From the NCBI GenBank assembly GCA_020891255.1, contig BQFW01000009.1:868001-932000 (forward strand): a stretch of DNA of 64,000 bases. Reading direction: 5' to 3'. The notes below the pieces were generated by a model. It worked only from the letters and a program-made list of their open reading frames with translations. It had not been told where the DNA came from and ran no database searches. Each line of letters starts with the position of its first letter. Position 1 is the stretch's first letter. Positions 24,916 through 36,801 of this stretch are shown here, piece by piece. This stretch comes from Entomortierella parvispora E1425. Its lineage: Eukaryota; Fungi; Mortierellomycota. The translations under genes and the position numbers were made by a program.

Positions 24916-26294
24916 CTAGTACGGGGTAGACCGTGCTGACTTGCCTTCTGACCTAGCCTGCAATGGGGATCCATGTCTAGAAGACGCACTGGCGACCTGA
25001 AGGGGGATGGTCTCCTGGAGAGCATTGGCTGTCCACAGCCCCAACTTTGCATCCTCTCCGCCAGAGTACAAAATTCCGCGACGCGAATCCCAGCATGTGC
25101 TCCTGACAATCTCACTGTGACCGCCGCTCAACACTTGACAAAGCTGAAGCGAAGTTGCATTGACGTGCAAGATGTTGATGTTTCCCCTAAAAAGATGAAA
25201 GAACAGGAAATAGGTCAGGTCAGTCAGGATGGAGCCTAGCAGTGCATGCATTATAAAAGAAGAAAAATAGGTAAAGGGTCCTTACTCGTTCGATCCAGAA
25301 AGCAAAAAGAGGCGACCTGACTCTGTTTCATATTGACAATCGATACCATAATCCAAAGTCAATCCCAAAGCCGATTGACTGACACCTCTGATATCGCCAA
25401 AATGATGAATGGCGTCCGCATCCTCGGCATTCCAGAGCGACAACGTCTCCATGTGGCTCAGACAATAAATGTATTCTGATTGAGGACCGAAATAGCCAAT
25501 CTTGTTGATACTCGATCCAGTATTGGACACGACCATGATACCCTCGTCCTCATCCATGTCGGTCAAATCGAATTGACAGATCAATCCGTCCACAGATCCT
25601 GTCATCAAGCGGGAGGCGTTGGTCGGGTGGAACTTGACATTGGTGATATCGTCGCTGTGGGACTCTGCATAGGTGCTCATCAACTTTGTGGGGTTCCTGG
25701 CGTCCCAGAAATGAATGCTGGCGTCGTACTCGACCAGCTCCGTGCCTGCAGCCAAGATGGATTCCGAGAGATTCAAATCAAACGAAAGCAATGGGTTGTT
25801 GTTGGGTGCTATTTGTCATGAGCGGAAAGGAGACGAGAGAGAGGTTTACGAGTTAGAAGGGGGGCAGCTTGGTCCTTCAATCAATATGCTAGTCACTGTG
25901 GATTCTCATCTTGCTTTTGACACGTTCGTGTTAAACAAGTAGGCTCTACTTTACCTGTGAAGACTTGAACGGGCGCACCCTCTGTGCGGAGATCCCACAC
26001 GGCAACGCGGCCATCCTTGGAGGAGGACATGACAAGGTGTTCACCATGGGGTTTAATCTGAGAGATGGTATCGGTATGGAATTGGAGAACATTCTTGATG
26101 GCCAGCGTCTGGGGGTTGTAGAGTTTGATCTGGTGGTTGGATGCAGAGACGATCAAGTTGTTGCTGTTGGCAGCAATGTCAAAGATGTAAATGTCGCCAT
26201 GCGAGAATGCCGAGCTCTGGCGAAGAGCCAGAGGAGGCTGGATCAACGCTGGCTCGTAAGTAATGGGGATCTGGGGGGGAAGGCCGTCGTTCAT
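24916..26294 (-). CDS. WDR89: WD40-repeat protein, WDR89-like; at least 3 exons
   Basis: WD motifs SSSKDGRVAVWD, ASIHFWD, ESHSDDITNVKFHP, GSVDGLICQFD, HSEIVRS and SGGEDAKLGLW. Intron 25954-25809 joins VFT|APNNNPLLSFD. Confidence 0.82.
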
Positions 26295-26500
26295 GGTTCG
26301 CGGTCTAGCCAAGGATGGGGATGGAGGGAGGGAGGATCAATCGAGAAAGGAGAAAAGACAATGCGCGCAGTCAAGACATCCGTTGTGGTCGTGGACTGTG
26401 CGCCACCAACCCATCCAATGCTCACTTCTCGAGAGAAAAAAAAAAAAAAATCGCGACAAACATCGTGGGGAGGAACAGTCACTATTTTTTGGCACTGTAT

Positions 26501-27850
26501 TTAGCCAATGTAACGACCATACTTGAGGAACTCCTTGTCTGACTTCAGTCGATCCATATCTTCGTCAATCAAACAGATCGCGGCAGAGACCTCACCGCTG
26601 GGGGACTTGGGCATCAGATTCACCAAAGTACCAAATGGCACGAACCGGGGTCGCCTTACTGCCACAGGCTGGCCCAATCCCATGTTGAAGTCCATCTGCC
26701 AGCAACCGTCGATTTTCGACCAGGAACTCAACATCATGTCTGCAGAGAAATTCAGTAAACTCCAAGTCTGGATGACCGACTTGTCTTCTGTCCGGTGCAA
26801 GAGTGTGGCCAGGGCAATGGTTTCCTCTCCCAACCTCTTTCTGTCCAAGGAACCACGAAGGCGGGACGCAATGACACCCAGGGGCTCGCTCACGATCTGA
26901 CCAATTTCCAGGATTGTGTTGGACGTGTTCAGGACCATACCTGGGTACTTGGGCTCCATCCCCAAGGCTCCGCGCATATCCACAAAACGTGAGAAAATGA
27001 CGTTGTCGGTCGCGGCCAAGCGCGCACTACGCGCTCTCATGATAGACTGCCAGATCAAAGCACAGAGCGAGTCATCCGTCGAAACAAAGTCAGAGATCTT
27101 GGTCTCTGAAGCGACGGCCTTGAGTGAAGTGAGCGAGGCTCTATCAAAGGAAAAATAGACCCAAGAGGCGGTAGGCGGGAGTGGAGGGGCCACGGGCGCT
27201 GCTGGGGTGTCCGAGACGGGTACCGCGGGTGCGGTAAACTGATCTTCCAGTCCAGTCTTTTGTGAAACGTCCAGCAATGGAATGATGCGCTCACGCGCGA
27301 CATTGGCACTGTCGAGATCTGTTCCGGGGATTTCTTCATGATGACATGCTCTGTTCAAGAGATCCATGACGACATCCTGACCAACCATGTCCATGACCTG
27401 ATGGTGTCCCACAAAGCTGAGCAAGAGTCCTCCCTTTACCAAAGTTGCCTGCACAAGAAATGTAGGACGGGAGGAGGGCTCGCCAGGAGTACCAGGGAAG
27501 GTGTTACGGGGACAAAGCATGTTTTCGTCCATGAGGCTCATTGGGAATTCGGAGTTCTCAAGAGTTTGCCATAAGGGAGCTGTTTTGTCATTGCGAAGAT
27601 CCTTGACGACCACAGTTGGAATTTCAGCTGTGGGTTTGATAATCAACAGGGGCGGGTTGCCTTCGACGAGGACTTCTCCTGCTGTCCATGGGACCAGGGT
27701 GGCAAGACGTTTAAGGCCGTCGTTCAATGCGGCCACAACACTGCCGATGCCGTTGGCAGAGTCGTCGTGGACATGATAGCATAGCGTGACCTGGATATAG
27801 AGGTTGAAGCTGGGTTGTTGGCCTAGTGCATCAACTTGGTGGACCAACAT
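26501..27850 (-). CDS. Trichothecene 3-O-acetyltransferase-like (TRI101/AYT1 family) CoA-dependent acyltransferase, intronless
   Basis: 449-aa ORF with catalytic HxxxD (GHHQVMD), DFGWG-like DFNMGLG, and family motifs DALGQQP, VVKDLR, GGLLL, MLSSW, VRRPRF, LMPK and CLIDEDMDRL. Confidence 0.85.
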   Translation of the reverse strand: MLVHQVDALGQQPSFNLYIQVTLCYHVHDDSANGIGSVVAALNDGLKRLATLVPWTAGEVLVEGNPPLLIIKPTAEIPTVVVKDLRNDKTAPLWQTLENSEFPMSLMDENMLCPRNTFPGTPGEPSSRPTFLVQATLVKGGLLLSFVGHHQVMDMVGQDVVMDLLNRACHHEEIPGTDLDSANVARERIIPLLDVSQKTGLEDQFTAPAVPVSDTPAAPVAPPLPPTASWVYFSFDRASLTSLKAVASETKISDFVSTDDSLCALIWQSIMRARSARLAATDNVIFSRFVDMRGALGMEPKYPGMVLNTSNTILEIGQIVSEPLGVIASRLRGSLDRKRLGEETIALATLLHRTEDKSVIQTWSLLNFSADMMLSSWSKIDGCWQMDFNMGLGQPVAVRRPRFVPFGTLVNLMPKSPSGEVSAAICLIDEDMDRLKSDKEFLKYGRYIG

Positions 27851-28929
27851 CTATATTTTGTAAAGCAATGACAAAAGTTACTTTTACAGGAAGCAGTCCG
27901 AGAGATTCAGTTTGTACAGTATGTACCTTGGAGGGTGTATCTGTAGCGGTGTAGTGGTGTTGTGGGACAAGGTGGAAAAAGAAATGAGGACAAAGAGGGA
28001 GGTTGTTTATGAGAGTATGAATGTAAAGACCTTCAGCTTTATAGGCGATCGTGCGGTACCGTTGTAAGTTTAGTCTTGACTTAGCCCTCTCTCCTCGCTA
28101 CGTGCCTCCGATGTAGCAAGGAGAGAGAGCTATGTGCCTTCGATGCAGCGAGGAGAGGGGCTGGGTCGAGACTGCAGCAGTAAATTTGGATAAATTTCAC
28201 GTAATAACTTCTCCTCCCGAAGCCCCCCCCCCCCCTTGGTAGGAAGAAGCCAGGAAGGATCCAAGTGACGACTCCATACTGTGCCTGACCACTTGACAGG
28301 AATGTGGGTTATTGGTCCAGCGGACGTCCTGATCGCCTTCCTCCTTCGGATCCAAATGTCCATCCGGCCAAGAAGGGAAATCATTCTCCGAACAGTCGCT
28401 AGATTGCATTTTTTTTTTTTTTTTTGGTGGCGTTCAGACCTACATTGACCGCCTTTCCGATTTTTTTTCAGCACGATTTGTGCAAGCAGTTGATACAAAC
28501 AACTGGATGGATTGAAAGCTTTCAAGATGTTTTACAGGCACTTATTAATTAACTAGAAAAGGGAGAGCAAGCTATATAAAACGAAAAACTCTAGGCGTGG
28601 GGGAAGGGAAGAGTAATGCGATCGAAAGAGAATTCCAAGGGATCCATTCCGGTATCCCCTTTCTGTTCTCTTTCATTTTTTGAGGCGCGGCTAAAGAAGA
28701 CGTACGAGGAAACAAGAACAAGGAGCACGAAAGAAAGAAGGGGAAAAAAAGAAGCAAAAAAAAAAAGAACAACAAAAGCAAAAAGAAACAAAGAACCAAA
28801 AAAAAAAAAAAAAAAAACGAGCAAACAGACAAACAATCTTTCTTTCTCTCTCTTACTCTGGGAGGATGGCCCGAGATAGGCCCCGTGTTCGTCTCCCTAC
28901 ATCGCGGGATCATGGTTTTTTCTTTACTC

Positions 28930-30626
28930 CTAAGGCGAAACACTGTGCTCGACATGCTGACCACCACTGCTGTGGTCACCTAGCGAGCCCATGGATGTGT
29001 TGGGGTAAGGTGCGTATCCTCCAAGATCATTCCATGGCTGGGTCGAGGGAGGCATCGCCGTGTGAGAGTAATGTTGCTGCGGTTGTTGTTGTGGCTGCTG
29101 ATGATGAGAGTTTTGGTGAGAGGTCGTCGCCTGCGAAGAATGGCTGATCTGGGGCGAGGATGAGTGGTTAGGGAAGCCACCACCAAACGTTGAAGGCTGT
29201 GTGGGCGTAGGCGAGTGGTAGCCCATGGAGAACCCGAAATCGTTGCTGCCATTGCTGTTGCCATTCGTACTGCTGTTGCCATTGCTGCTGTTGACGTTGG
29301 GGAGAGCGGTACCGTTTGAATTTGACATCATCAAGGCAGCCGATCCAGTACCATAAGGAAGGTTATTATGGCGCTGTTGCTGCTGTTGCTGTTGCTGCTG
29401 CTGTGGCTGTGGCTGCTGTTGGTGATGTACTGAATGTTGCTGTGTTTGCTGCGGTTGTTGTTGGTGATGTGTTGATTGGGCAGAGGGGTAAGGCATGAAG
29501 GACTGGCTGCGAGGGAGGTATCGAAGAGGAGGAGGGGTGCCCGACGTGTTATCACCGCCTGCCGCGCTGGGGACGGACACATAAGGAAAGTTATTAGCGT
29601 AGTATGGGTTGTGTGAGGCATTCTGGTGCTGCTGCTGGTGGTGGTGTTGAGCTCCAGCACCGAGATGGGCCATAGTATGATAGCCCCCCTGGGGCGTATG
29701 CAGTGGATGGTGTGACTGTGCAGGGTGATATGGTTTTGAGAATACGTCCAGGGAAGACAGATCGTTCTCAAGCTTGGGTCGTACGCCATACCCTGAGGGT
29801 CCAAAGTCGGGGGCAGCTCCGTTCATGGCGTGTGCGAACGCACCGTTGGGGGTACGAGGGCTGTGGTTGGAAGTGGGCGAATGCATGTGGTCGGCCACTA
29901 GAAGAGAGCGAGACGAGCAAAGATAAAACAGTTAACGGCCGTGGATCAATGTTCTGACCGTTGCAAAGCGTGGATGGTTTTTTGAAAGATAAAAAAAGGG
30001 GACAGGAGGAGATCCATGGACTTACAATGGTCATAGGACTGCTCAACATTGGGTGGGATGCGGAAATTTTGCTTCATCAGGAACTCGGGGCTGATATCCA
30101 AGCTAGCCAACTCAGGAACAGAGGAAGGGGTTCTCAAGCGACCGGCGAGGACGTCGTCCTTTGAATAATACGAGATCAAATGCTGTGGCACGCCATTGAC
30201 GACAATGGACATTGTCTTCTTGATCAAGCCGTTCTTCTTGAACCTGTACGAGTTGGTCAGAGATCCCACCAGGGCACGCTCCTTGTTCTTCTCGATAGCG
30301 GTTTCGGGATCGCTAGAGCTGCAGCGTGAGGCACGGTCGATGGGGGAGGCATCCTTCTTGCCGCTGTTACGCTTGTCCAATTCACGGTAGACCAAAAAGT
30401 TTCCTAGGATGCGCGAAGGAGACCAGACAAGTCCATCCGTCCATCGCTTGATGCCCGATTCACGTTCGTCAAAGACAAAGACGGTGCCGGACTGGACAAT
30501 ACGACGCTCCTTCTCTTGTAACCGACGGCAGATCCGGGGAAAGAGTCCACGACGACAGGCCTCAAAGATCAAGAGGGTATCCTGTGTCGTCTCAATGTAT
30601 CCATGGAAAGTCTCGACGATACTCAT
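28930..30626 (-). CDS. PAC2: Gti1/Pac2 family (WOPR) transcription factor with Gln/His/Asn-rich tail; 2 coding exons (30626-30026, 29897-28930)
   Basis: ETFHGYIETTQDTLLIFEAC, RRLQEKER, SGTVFVFDERESGIKRWTDG, WSPSRILGNFLVYREL and GLIKKTMS are WOPR hallmarks. A GTAAGT..CTAG intron keeps the frame. Confidence 0.9.
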
Positions 30627-30635
30627 GGTTATAGT

Positions 30636-31915
30636 CTGATCGAGTCAAAGAGAATGTAAAAAAAGTGGTTAGAATTTGCTCGTCGATGGTGTTGGAAAGT
30701 GGATGTGGATGGGGGCGACTGGTCTTCAATAAAAGAGAGCAAAAAGTAAAAAAGGTGAACATGCAGGAAAAGAAAGGGACCGTCTTGCAGGAAAACAAAG
30801 GGGAATGGAGTGGGTCCATGACCCCCCAAAAAAACGAGGTGTGCACGTCCACTTTGAGAGGAGATTTTATCCTCATCCCCGATGCTGTGAAGCAGGTCGC
30901 TCTCCGTACTTCCAAGCAAGTATCACAAGGACAAAGTAACGCGTGGAAGGTCCGAGATCGACATTGGGCAATAATCAGACGAAGGGTGTGTGCAGCAGAC
31001 CTGCAGACCGTGCTGCATCTTTAAATCGCAATCAATTGAAAATAGCAGCCAACGCGAGGAGGCCCGGCCCAATTCCAAGAAGACAAGACAGAAAGGGAGG
31101 GAGAGAGTGAAAAAGGAGAACCACACAGGGAGAAGAATGAGTCTGTCCCGCCGATGATGGAAGACTTCAGTTGGAAAATGAGCGCTCAATGATCGCCCGG
31201 CCCGATGGAAGAAGAAACAAGGGGAAGAATGATAGCAAGGTTGTTGCATTGTCTGTGCCCATGGATGCCTTCCATTCAAATTCGACAACGAACATGCTGT
31301 CAACAGGGGGCCTCGCTCTCTAGGAAGGGGGGGGGGGGGGGTTCAGGGGGCTGGCTCGAAATCCACTCAACATATAGGCGGACAATCATCCATGGTAGAG
31401 TGGTGAAGGTCAGGATAGTACCCGAAGGTTTGAACACAGGGCCCACAGAAAAAAGAATGGTCCTGCGATGACACGCCCTGACAGGAATCCAATTGGACAC
31501 CTCTTTCTGGCCTTGAAAGGGTCTAGAAAAGCACTCTAGAGCTGACCAACTCGATCTAAACGCACTGCCCCCCTGCTCTCATCCCAGTTTTTATTCACTG
31601 GCTTCGGCTGGATGATCAGTCATCTCTGTAATTTAACGTCTCTCACGGAAGCCCAGCAACCACACTCCTTTTTTCAACCCTCGGCAATTCTGATACTAAT
31701 TTCAGTTGACGAACAGCAAAAGTAGCTTGGTTGGTTCCTGAACAGATGAATGGATCTGGCGGAGGAAGAAATAAAATGTAGAGAGCGGACGAACGGAAAA
31801 AAACAACGAACGTACGACAAAGTAAAGTTTGGGGGGTATGGGGGGGAAAAGGTCAAAGAGGGGGAAAGAATGAGGGGAAGGACTCAAAGAGAGTTTTCTG
31901 GTTCTGTTCGCTCAC
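30636..31915 (-). other. Probable ~1.3 kb 5'-UTR intron of the WOPR gene
   Basis: On the minus strand an acceptor (CTAAC branch, pyrimidine tract, CAG) lies 9 nt upstream of the ATG. A CAAG|GTGAGC donor lies at 31915. The pairing of these two sites is inferred. Confidence 0.45.
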
Positions 31916-32313
31916 CTTGGATGTGTTGGACTGTTTGTTTGCGTGTGTAAGCGAGTGCGTGTGCTGTTGGAGTGTGTTTGACAGAGAATGCAGTGGACGA
32001 GAGCAGAAGGCGCTTCTGGTCTCTTTGATGCTGTTGTGCGTCTTTGTTTGTGGGACAGAGAAATGCAGGCGCAAGAGAGCAAAGTGAGCCAATGAAGAAT
32101 AAAAAAAATTGGAGTCGGGAAGTGAGGGAAGCGGGGAGAGGAGAGGATGGATCAGGGTGCAGCGTTCTTGGGCGAGGGTTTGGGAAACTACAGGAGAGTT
32201 TACAGTGATGTACACAGGTGAGTTGCGGGATAAATGACAAACAGTCAAACAAGTGTGGACCTGTTGTGCAACAGAGAATGAGAAAAGAGAGGCAAGATGC
32301 GAGAATGAGGAGG

Positions 32314-32317
<4 letters not shown>

Positions 32318-32354
<37 letters not shown>
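32318..32354. repeat. (GA)n microsatellite
   Basis: Uninterrupted GA dinucleotide run. Confidence 0.95.
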
Positions 32355-32357
<3 letters not shown>

Positions 32358-35300
32358 GAAGAAGATGAGATGAGAGAGATGAGAGAGATGAGGAGAAAGA
32401 GAGACGAGATGAGCAAGTGAACGGAAGAAGAAAGAGAAGAAAAGGAGAAACCTCAAGTGGAGAAGAGACGTGTGGGTGGGCGAGGCGGACTGGTGTCCGT
32501 TTCTTCAGTTTTGTTCTTTTTTGCTCGCTTCTTTGCTTCCGGCAGTGTGTGGGGAGATGACTATCAAGCTGAGGGTAGCGATGCTGGCGCCGATGGAGGG
32601 AACGCTCTGATACGACAAGGCGGGTTGAAAGGATGTGAGCAGCGGGGAGAGGAAGAGTACGGAAGACCGATCGCCCTGTTCCTTTCGTTCGATTTCGTTC
32701 ATTTCGTTCCTCTGGTTCCTGAGACCTGCCTGCAGTCAAACAGCTGTGGCTGGGTGGCCTGTGAACAGCCTGATACTGCTGCCCAGGTCCGGCACCTCGC
32801 AAGAGGCTGGCACGGTAAACACTCGCTTTGTCTGTGCCCGAGAAGGAGAGAGGGGGGATTGACTATCGATTGTATTGTTCTTGGTGGATCAGACCAGCCA
32901 GCATACCCCGTCTGAGAGCTGCATGGGATGATACGGATAGTGTCCTCACTGGAAACAGAGAAGGCTTCTGTGTCTCTCCTCGTCGTCTCGTGGTGTCGCC
33001 TTGGGCGCCAACAGTCCTCGCTTTGAGTCTCATCCCCAAACAGGTCTTCTCTCACATTCTTCTTGTTTGTTTCATTCTTCGCCCGCCCTTCTTGAGCTGA
33101 TTTGGTGCCCTTCTTGACCAAGAGAGCGAGTTCCCTCGGTCTTTATCTCTTCGAACACACCACTCATAGGCCCCTCCCTGTCGATCAATTGCTCTTTTTA
33201 TCTGTCATAATATTATGATGTTATTTCAAAGGACAAGGAAATACAGCTAATTGCAAGCTCAGCTCGAGTGACCGGCAGATCAAACGTAAACCTGCAAGGG
33301 CTGGAAAATCACCTACCGCCGCCGCTCTCCAAAAATCAATTCTCCGGATGGTCGAACATGCATTCCCATGGAAGCGTCCAAGTGCCAGGCGGACTGACAC
33401 CAAAAAAGAAATAGAGCTCTCCACTCGTCATCTGAGACACCAACCAGATCTGTGTGTGGGAGACGTTAATCCAGGTTCAAGGGCAAGTCGCCCGTCCCTT
33501 CGAGGTGAATCCCAGGCCACCCACCGTCAGGCACATCCCTTAACTGAATCGAGAGACAAAGTGATTACTCCAATTGGAAGGGATTCCCCCTTCCTCACAT
33601 GCCGCCTTGTTCCAAGGTTCTATCTTGTCTTGAATCGTTTCCTTCAGGACTATCAGTCCTTCTCCTGAGCGTCGTTCTACCCGGAAGAATACATGGGTTT
33701 TGACAATTGCCGCAACCACCATCTTTCCATCTTGACTTCCGCGTTATCGGGAACCTCAATTCGTGGCCCACATTCTCTTTTCCCGCACCTGTACTTTCTC
33801 TAGGTTCCTAGAGAAACAAACATGAGCACATCTCGTCAGTCAAGAGCTGCGTAAAAAAAACATACATTTAACTCTCACACAGCTAGGGTGAAGGCAGCGC
33901 ATACCTTGTGTGTCATGGTAACACAGTTTGTGCATTGCGCGAAAGGGCGCGTCCGTTGCATGCATGTGTGCGCGCGTTATTCTTTATTTCTCCCACCCTA
34001 TTTCAAACAACCAGAAAGTCTTTTCGCATTGACTTTAGGACAAGTTATCTTTCTCTCCCTTTTTTTTTTTTTTGACGTTGCACGTTATGGTTTTCCATTG
34101 TCGTAATTATTGGATCTGCAACAGAACGAATCCGAATCTTTGGCCATCGATGATCGATCAAGTTCAAACCTTGAATCCATTTTTTTTCTCCATTTCTTTT
34201 TCGTGATGATCTGTCGTGTTTCTGAGTCGATTGACTCGAGTTTCCTTTTCACATTTTGAACCACCTGGGACGAACCTTTCCGAGGTATCGCGTAGGATTG
34301 TTCGTTCTTTGTCGAAATCGGCAACTCTTTTCCTTCATCCCGGGATCTCTGAACACGAGTTTTTTTTATGTACTGTAGATGGTCGTGTGATAGGTCTCGC
34401 CAGCCTGGGACCTGCCCAAAGCGAATAGTGTTGGGAGGTCCTGGCAATATTGTCATCAGATCCTCTGCGATCTAGGGATTTTGCCTCCCTGACCCTCTTA
34501 GTTCGAACCAGCACCATCTGTAGAGGCTGGACGTGTAAGGGGTCATAACCCAACGGCTGGATTCAATGTGGGATGAGAAGGAGCGGATTATGACCCGCCA
34601 CCGACGAGAAGACGCCACCAAAATAAATTCATGTCCCTCAACGATAATTCAGCCCTGCTGCGGGGTTGTCTGCTCTACCTTGAACGTACCTGAGGAGGAG
34701 GACGTCATAGTGGGTGTGTTTGTGCGTCCCCCCACAGATGTGGTTGGAGAGACTCGACTCTCAAGAGAATAGGGGGTTAAGAATACATGGCAAAAAATAC
34801 GCCCCATCCATTGAGGCCCTTTTTTGTGTTCTTGTTGATGTTGTGCGGATGTTGGTTGTTGACTCCGATCATCGCGTGGCAAAGGGCTGGAACGGCATGG
34901 CATATCATGTCGTGTCATGCCATGTTCTTTTGATTTTGTACCTTGGACTGTTTTGCTAGTATCAATTTTATTTTGGAAGGGGGTGGATCTTCTTCTGACC
35001 TACAAGTGGTACATGTACCTTCTGGCTCAGCCTTTTGTTTTTTGTTCTTCTCTTGCCGCACATTTCAGAGTTCACATTATGTCTTTGAATGGATCCAAGG
35101 AAGTAAGAAAACGTTTCTTATAAAACAAAACAGAAGGCTCCTTCTATCCTATTCCATTTTCAGAAAGAGGTTTGTGGGGGTGTGTTTCTTGTCGATCCAT
35201 TGATCTCATCCTGTAGACAGAAGGTACGATGGCATGTTGACGACGACCAGCCCATCGGAAGAAGGTGAAGGGAAAAAACAAAAAGATCGGGTGCGAGGTG

Positions 35301-36384
35301 AAATAAAGGGGGGCGGACATCAGACCGCGTGGCAAACCATGGAAAAGCCAGAGGAGACAAAAAAAACACAACCTGAAAAGGGACAAACAAAACAAACAAC
35401 TTGAAGGTTGCCACCCGATGGGTGCAACTATTTTTTTCTGGTCCCGCCATCCAACCCCTCCTTGCGCCGCCTCTGGTGTCATTCTAACCTGCGCGGAATG
35501 TAATACATGTACTATGTACAGTGTATGGCATGGCTCCCTTGTCGGGATGAGGAGAGGATGACGGAGGGAAGGAAGAGGAGGGTTTGGGATCTGTGAGCAG
35601 AAATCGAACGAGGGTGTCCTGGGGTCTGATCGATGTGAGCTGTGCTGACAAGAGCACGTTGCAAGGAGACATTGGATGCTGACTTGGTAAGCAGCGATCG
35701 TGCCCCGTGCGAGCAATTGAGCCGCGCGGAAAATGGTGATGGCCTGGGTGGCGGAAGATGAATGAGAGATCAAAAGAGAGAACGATAGACAAGGGAAAAG
35801 AAGGGGAAAAAAAGAAAGAGATTGAAAGAGATTGAGAGGGAGAGAGAGAGACAGAGAAAAGCAGTAAACGAGGCAGGGGGAGATATCCTCTTTTGATCCC
35901 ATCCGCTATATATTGCATTGCTTCATCCTGTACAGCTAGGAACGAAAGAAAGAAGAGTTAGCATTGCCTCCGTTTGTTTCGGACGCACACAGAGGATGAA
36001 GGAAGACAACGCAGAAAGACAGACAGCATCGTTGAGGGCTGTCTGTCATGTTCCAAGCCGGCACTTTTCTGGGAAAAAGGGGCGGCCAGAGAGAGACCCA
36101 AAATGCCATCCAGTCCAACCAGTCTGGACCGGCGGTGACACAACACGACCGCGACGCGTCCGAGATCAGCTAATCTCCGCGGGCAGTGCCTCCCATTGTC
36201 GCCATTCCTCCTGCTCCGGAAGGAGGATGGAGGGCGATGGGTGCAGGGTCTGGTCCATTGTCCATGGTCTGCCGAAGCGGTGTTGAAAGAGGCGAGAGAG
36301 GAAGAGGGAAGACAAAGAGAGCACTGCACCTGCGAGTGTGGGTGTGTCGACGGACTCCTTTTTTTGCACCAGAGGCTGCGAAGC

Positions 36385-36415
<31 letters not shown>

Positions 36416-36562
36416 GTGTCTGTCTCTCTGCTGTTGTCCATGGTGGTCTGCTCGTGGGGATGAGGAAGGAGACGAGAGAAGGGGATGGATGCTCTCAATG
36501 CACTCCATGGGCCACACACACATACACACACTCTCTCTCTGTCACTGACTGAAAGAACTCTC

Positions 36563-36603
36563 CATTCATTCATTCATTCATTCATTCATTCATTCATTCA
36601 TTC
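36563..36603. repeat. (CATT)n microsatellite upstream of the kinase gene
   Basis: About ten direct tetranucleotide repeats; a (TCTG)n run is nearby at about 36386-36413. Confidence 0.95.
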
Positions 36604-36801
36604 TTTCCTATCCCCCTCCCCCCCTTTCATCTCTCGCTCTCTTCATCCCTCCATCCCTCCCTTGCCCCTCCTCGGCGCATCCGTATCCAGTGCCACGCTG
36701 TTGCATGTCTCCTTTTTCTCCTTCTCTCAACTTCCAGGGATCCCACTCTTTTTCCATCCTTCTCATTCCGACCTCCACCAGCACATCACAGGGTCCATGC
36801 C

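Noticed and set aside
227-27850. Secondary-metabolite gene cluster (LaeA-like MTase plus acetyltransferase)
   Set aside because: There is no NRPS, PKS or terpene synthase core, and the genes are far apart and separated by housekeeping genes.
33200-35900. Several 60-250 aa ORFs in the WOPR-kinase intergenic region
   Set aside because: No domain motifs, coherent exon chain or transposase signature could be found by eye; many are low-complexity.
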